Part shown: positions 60,674 through 64,000 of the stretch, in pieces
Position numbering within the stretch: position 1 is the first letter of the stretch
Layout: each line of letters opens with the position of its first letter
Origin: Callorhinchus milii
Lineage: Eukaryota
DNA length: 64,000 nucleotides
NCBI RefSeq assembly: GCF_018977255.1
Contig: NW_024704766.1
Coordinates: forward strand, 3,658,001 to 3,722,000
Direction of reading: 5' to 3'
Notes under the pieces: generated by a model
Databases searched by the model: none
The model's input: the letters and a program-made list of their open reading frames with translations, nothing else
What the model was told of the DNA's origin: nothing
Position numbers and translations under genes: made by a program

Positions 60674-60759
60674 ATAAAATATAGCCTGAAAGGTTTGGAA
60701 TGCACGTCTACTAACTTTGTAATCAATGGCATCCGTACTGAGAGGCTTTTCAGAGAGAC

Positions 60760-61190
60760 TTTAAGCTCACTGCCTCGGCTTACACACCAGTTCGATGCTA
60801 GGGGAGTGCTGCATTTGGTGACGGGTGTCGTCCTTTGGATGAGATGTTAATCCGAGTCCTGTCTGCCTGTTCAGTCGTGCGTTTAAGATCCCACGGTACT
60901 ATTCAAAAAGAGGTGGGAGTTTCTCCTGGTGTCCTGGACAACAAATAAACAAACCAGACCAAACAAAAAATGCTTTATAATGATGATGGTAGTACTTGCA
61001 TTTTGTATAGAGCCTTATCACATCGTCGAGACGTCTAAAAGCGCTTCCCAGAATACACTGTAAAGGCTGTTTGTGGGCATTGCTGTGTAGAAATTGGTTG
61101 TCACGATTCACTTTCATATATATATAGTCAATGCACTTTACAGTAATTCCTGTGAGGGAAACAACAGCTATCAAATAGAAGGGGTTATTC
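60760..61190 (+). mobile_element. Old DeuSINE with a nested antisense SINE tail (about 60985-61064)
   Basis: The body GGGGAGTGCTGCA...GGATGAGATGTTAA...CCTGTCTGCCTGTTCAG is interrupted by a reverse-complemented tail. Confidence 0.8.
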
Positions 61191-62204
61191 ATTTAACTGT
61201 TACAAATGTAGTTCGAAACAAACATTTTCTGCACAGGGCAAAACCTGTGCCATTTCTACTTGTCTTCTAAATTACCTTCGCATCCCTTAATATGTTTACA
61301 GTTCAGGTACTTATCCAGTTCCCACTGAAATCGGTGCAGCCTCGGTAAACATTTGTGATAAAGAATACCCAAACCAAAGTGAAGAAATTCCTTCGAATCT
61401 CTCCCCAAAACATTTTTACGAACAATCCTGAGACTGGGTCCACTTGATACTAATTCCCCAATTAAAAGAAATATTTATTTCCTCTCCGCCTTGTTATCTC
61501 CTTGTCACCTTGCTCAGCAGTTACAGTTATCACCAAACTGAGCAGTAACATTAACAGTGGTGAAATCAAGAAACCCAAAGCCCTTTTAGCTACAGGAAGT
61601 TACTCAGGCCCTTGTGTCTATTTCACAGGGAAATAAATCAGAGAAATAATAGCCACAGCCAGTCATTTCTTACTAATGTTTCAATGTTTTAATTAAAAAA
61701 CGTTTGCAGGAAAATCTACGTGAGATTTATTCAGAACATGATGTTTCAGGGACATTGAGCAATAGTCCAATGTGGGTTTTGATGGAAAACATGCTATTGC
61801 ATTTGAATCAGAGCACAACACCAGAGCAATTACTACAAAATTCTACCATATGTCTCCAAACTATGCAGTCCTGACTCATAATTCAAGGTTTTTCTATCCG
61901 CAGTTTGAAATGGTGGACCCAAGATGCTATTGGTTTGAAAACTTAACCGCAACCCAATACGTTCCTTGTTGAAATCATCGCACCATTAATATGGGACTTA
62001 GAATTAATCTGTCGAGAAAGGACAGCTATTTTGATTGTAATAATGATTGCCCATATGGTCTTAATCTCCATCAGACAGAATTTCTAATTTTATTTTTGTA
62101 ATTGATAGATCAATTCCTTCTCATGCGCTGGGCCAGATGGTGCATTCTTCAAGATTAGAATTGCTAACATATACATCTCCGTTTAATGTGTTTTCGCACT
62201 AAGA

Positions 62205-62580
62205 GTGTGTCAGCCTGGCTCGGTGAGGATAGCGCTCTCGTCTCTAATTCGGAGGGTTGTGTGTTCAAGCCCCGTGTCGGGACTTTGAACTCATATGGTC
62301 TACGCTGACACAGCAAAGCAATGCTGGAGATGTACTGCACTGTTCGAAACGCCGTCCTTTCAGATGAGATCCCGAGTTTCTCACGGATTCCTAGCCAGAC
62401 ATTTTCCAAATCAAAATGGTCATTCGTTGCAAGGTTGTTCGTGGGATGTTGCTGTATTGCAAATTGGCTGCCTCATTGGACCGCAAAATACAGTCACTGC
62501 CCTGTACAGTAAATCCTGTGAAGCACTTTGAGACATCCTCCTGATCTGAAATGAGCTGTGCAAAATATAGGAATACTAAT
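62205..62580 (+). mobile_element. Old DeuSINE (SacSINE1-like)
   Basis: Head TGTCAGCCTGGCTCGGT...GTTCAAGCCCC, core and tail. Confidence 0.8.
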
Positions 62581-63074
62581 ATAATTTAATATAAGAAAAC
62601 CCGGAAGGAGAAAAGACCATATGACCCTTCAAACTTATTCGTTCCACCCTCTTCTAGTACTTTCTACCCTCGGCTTGAATCCACTTAATGAACATGCATT
62701 GAAATATTTTTGCCTGGGTCTGAAGAAGCCAGATAAATATAAGGATAAAGTTTAATTCCATCTTGCTCTCTGACTGCAGTCTATTTTCTGAACTTTTGTT
62801 CCAGATAATCTGTCTCCCATCTTTTCACCACAGTAAACCTGCATCCTTCCTTTCTTACAATCTTGGTGAGAAGCCAAATAAATATAAGGAAAAATGTTAC
62901 AAGGATACTCTGGTTCACCAGTTTGGGAAGTATATTGAGCTGCCTCTTAGTCATTAAGTTTCACTGCAAAATCGGGAATGGTATGGGACTTTGTAGGGAC
63001 TGATTCTTAACAAAGACATGTTTTATCAAAGTGGTATGTATAAAACTGTGATGAACCAAGCTATTTTCCATGTA

Positions 63075-63290
63075 TTTCATAAGAAGAGTTTCTTTCTATG
63101 TGTCCTGGCCAACAATCCCCCAAAATAATATTGATCATCACTCCATGGCTGTTTGTGGGACATTGTTGTGCACAAATTGGCTGCCTTGTTTGCCCACAAA
63201 ATCCACACACTCATCACTTTACAGTATATCCTGTGAATTGCTTTGAGACGTCTCGATGACATGATAAGGTGCTCTATCAAGGATTATTTT
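63075..63290 (+). mobile_element. DeuSINE 3' half
   Basis: TGTCCTGGCCAACAATCCC, core and tail. Confidence 0.8.
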
Positions 63291-63699
63291 AGTATGCAGT
63301 TCCAGTCCCGAAATAGAGATCCTGATACAACTTTTTTTAATAAAAGCACAAAATATTATCTCATCTAATTCGTAATAGTCACAGTAAAAATATTCAATTC
63401 GTATAGTTTTATGTTACCCCCAGTATTGCACAAATAGGGAAACAGGGTGATATTGGAGGGGAATAGGGGATTAGGAGGGGTGGAAACTCCTGTGGATTAT
63501 AAACATTGACACAGATGAGTTGCGTCGAACAATTTGTTTCAGTTCTCTACAGTCTATGTAATATAATTCTACGTGTAATGCTCAGGGTCAACTAGCTATA
63601 TAGCTGGTATAGCCTTAATAACATTGAGAACATCTCAAAGTTGAGAAGTTATATCAAAGTCCCATTGACCTGCTCAAGTGGACACGAGAGAACCTAAGA

Positions 63700-63917
63700 C
63701 GAGAAGAGAAGGGAGTGTCTTCTGGCCAACAATCCTCGAATATAAATTGATAATTCACCTCTTAATTGCTTATAGGACATTCCTGTGCGCAAATTGGATG
63801 TGTTCACCATCAAATGTGTAGTCAATGCACTTTACACTATGTGCTATGAAGCACTTTGAGAAGTCTCAACAACGTGAAAGATGCTATATCAAGTGCAAGG
63901 ATTATTATCATTATTAT
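63700..63917 (+). mobile_element. DeuSINE 3' half
   Basis: TGGCCAACAATCC...GTGCGCAAATTGG...GCTATATCAAGTGCAAGGATTATT. Confidence 0.8.
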
Positions 63918-64000
63918 ACCACTTAATACTTGGTACTTTCATACTAAGTATCTGTCTATCTTTTAAACGTTCCGTATCTTCACAATCCGTTGTGGGAAAA

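Noticed and set aside
1012-63280. ORF track entries as genes
   Set aside because: All are short, many start at non-ATG codons, and none resembles a cellular protein I recognise. Recurrent peptides ([34 protein letters not shown]) are translations of the same SINE.

Overview
This is a vertebrate non-coding window (large intron or intergenic DNA). It is AT-rich, CpG-depleted and dense in interspersed repeats. The repeat content, recognised from memory rather than by database search, points to a cartilaginous fish, most plausibly a holocephalan such as the elephant shark Callorhinchus milii. It includes dozens of tRNA-head/Deu-core/L2-tail SINEs ending in (TTA)n, older SacSINE1-like DeuSINEs, CR1 and L2 fragments and shark-type Penelope terminal repeats; I saw no HE1/V-SINEs. 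I cannot support any protein-coding gene, true tRNA, rRNA or CRISPR array. The ORF track is short chance ORFs or translated SINE/LINE sequence. The most interesting signals are: a 136-bp Penelope-derived insert with a hammerhead-like core and a 10-bp target-site duplication (TSD); an unclassified A-tailed retroposon family with a conserved 3' hairpin or pseudoknot; a 129-bp foldback with perfect 22-bp inverted arms; a perfect 101-bp duplication with filler DNA; an apparent SINE tail swap onto the local L2 3' end; and repeat-free islands that may be conserved non-coding elements. I did not find a convincing novel multi-gene system. Boundaries of old repeats are approximate (tens of bp).
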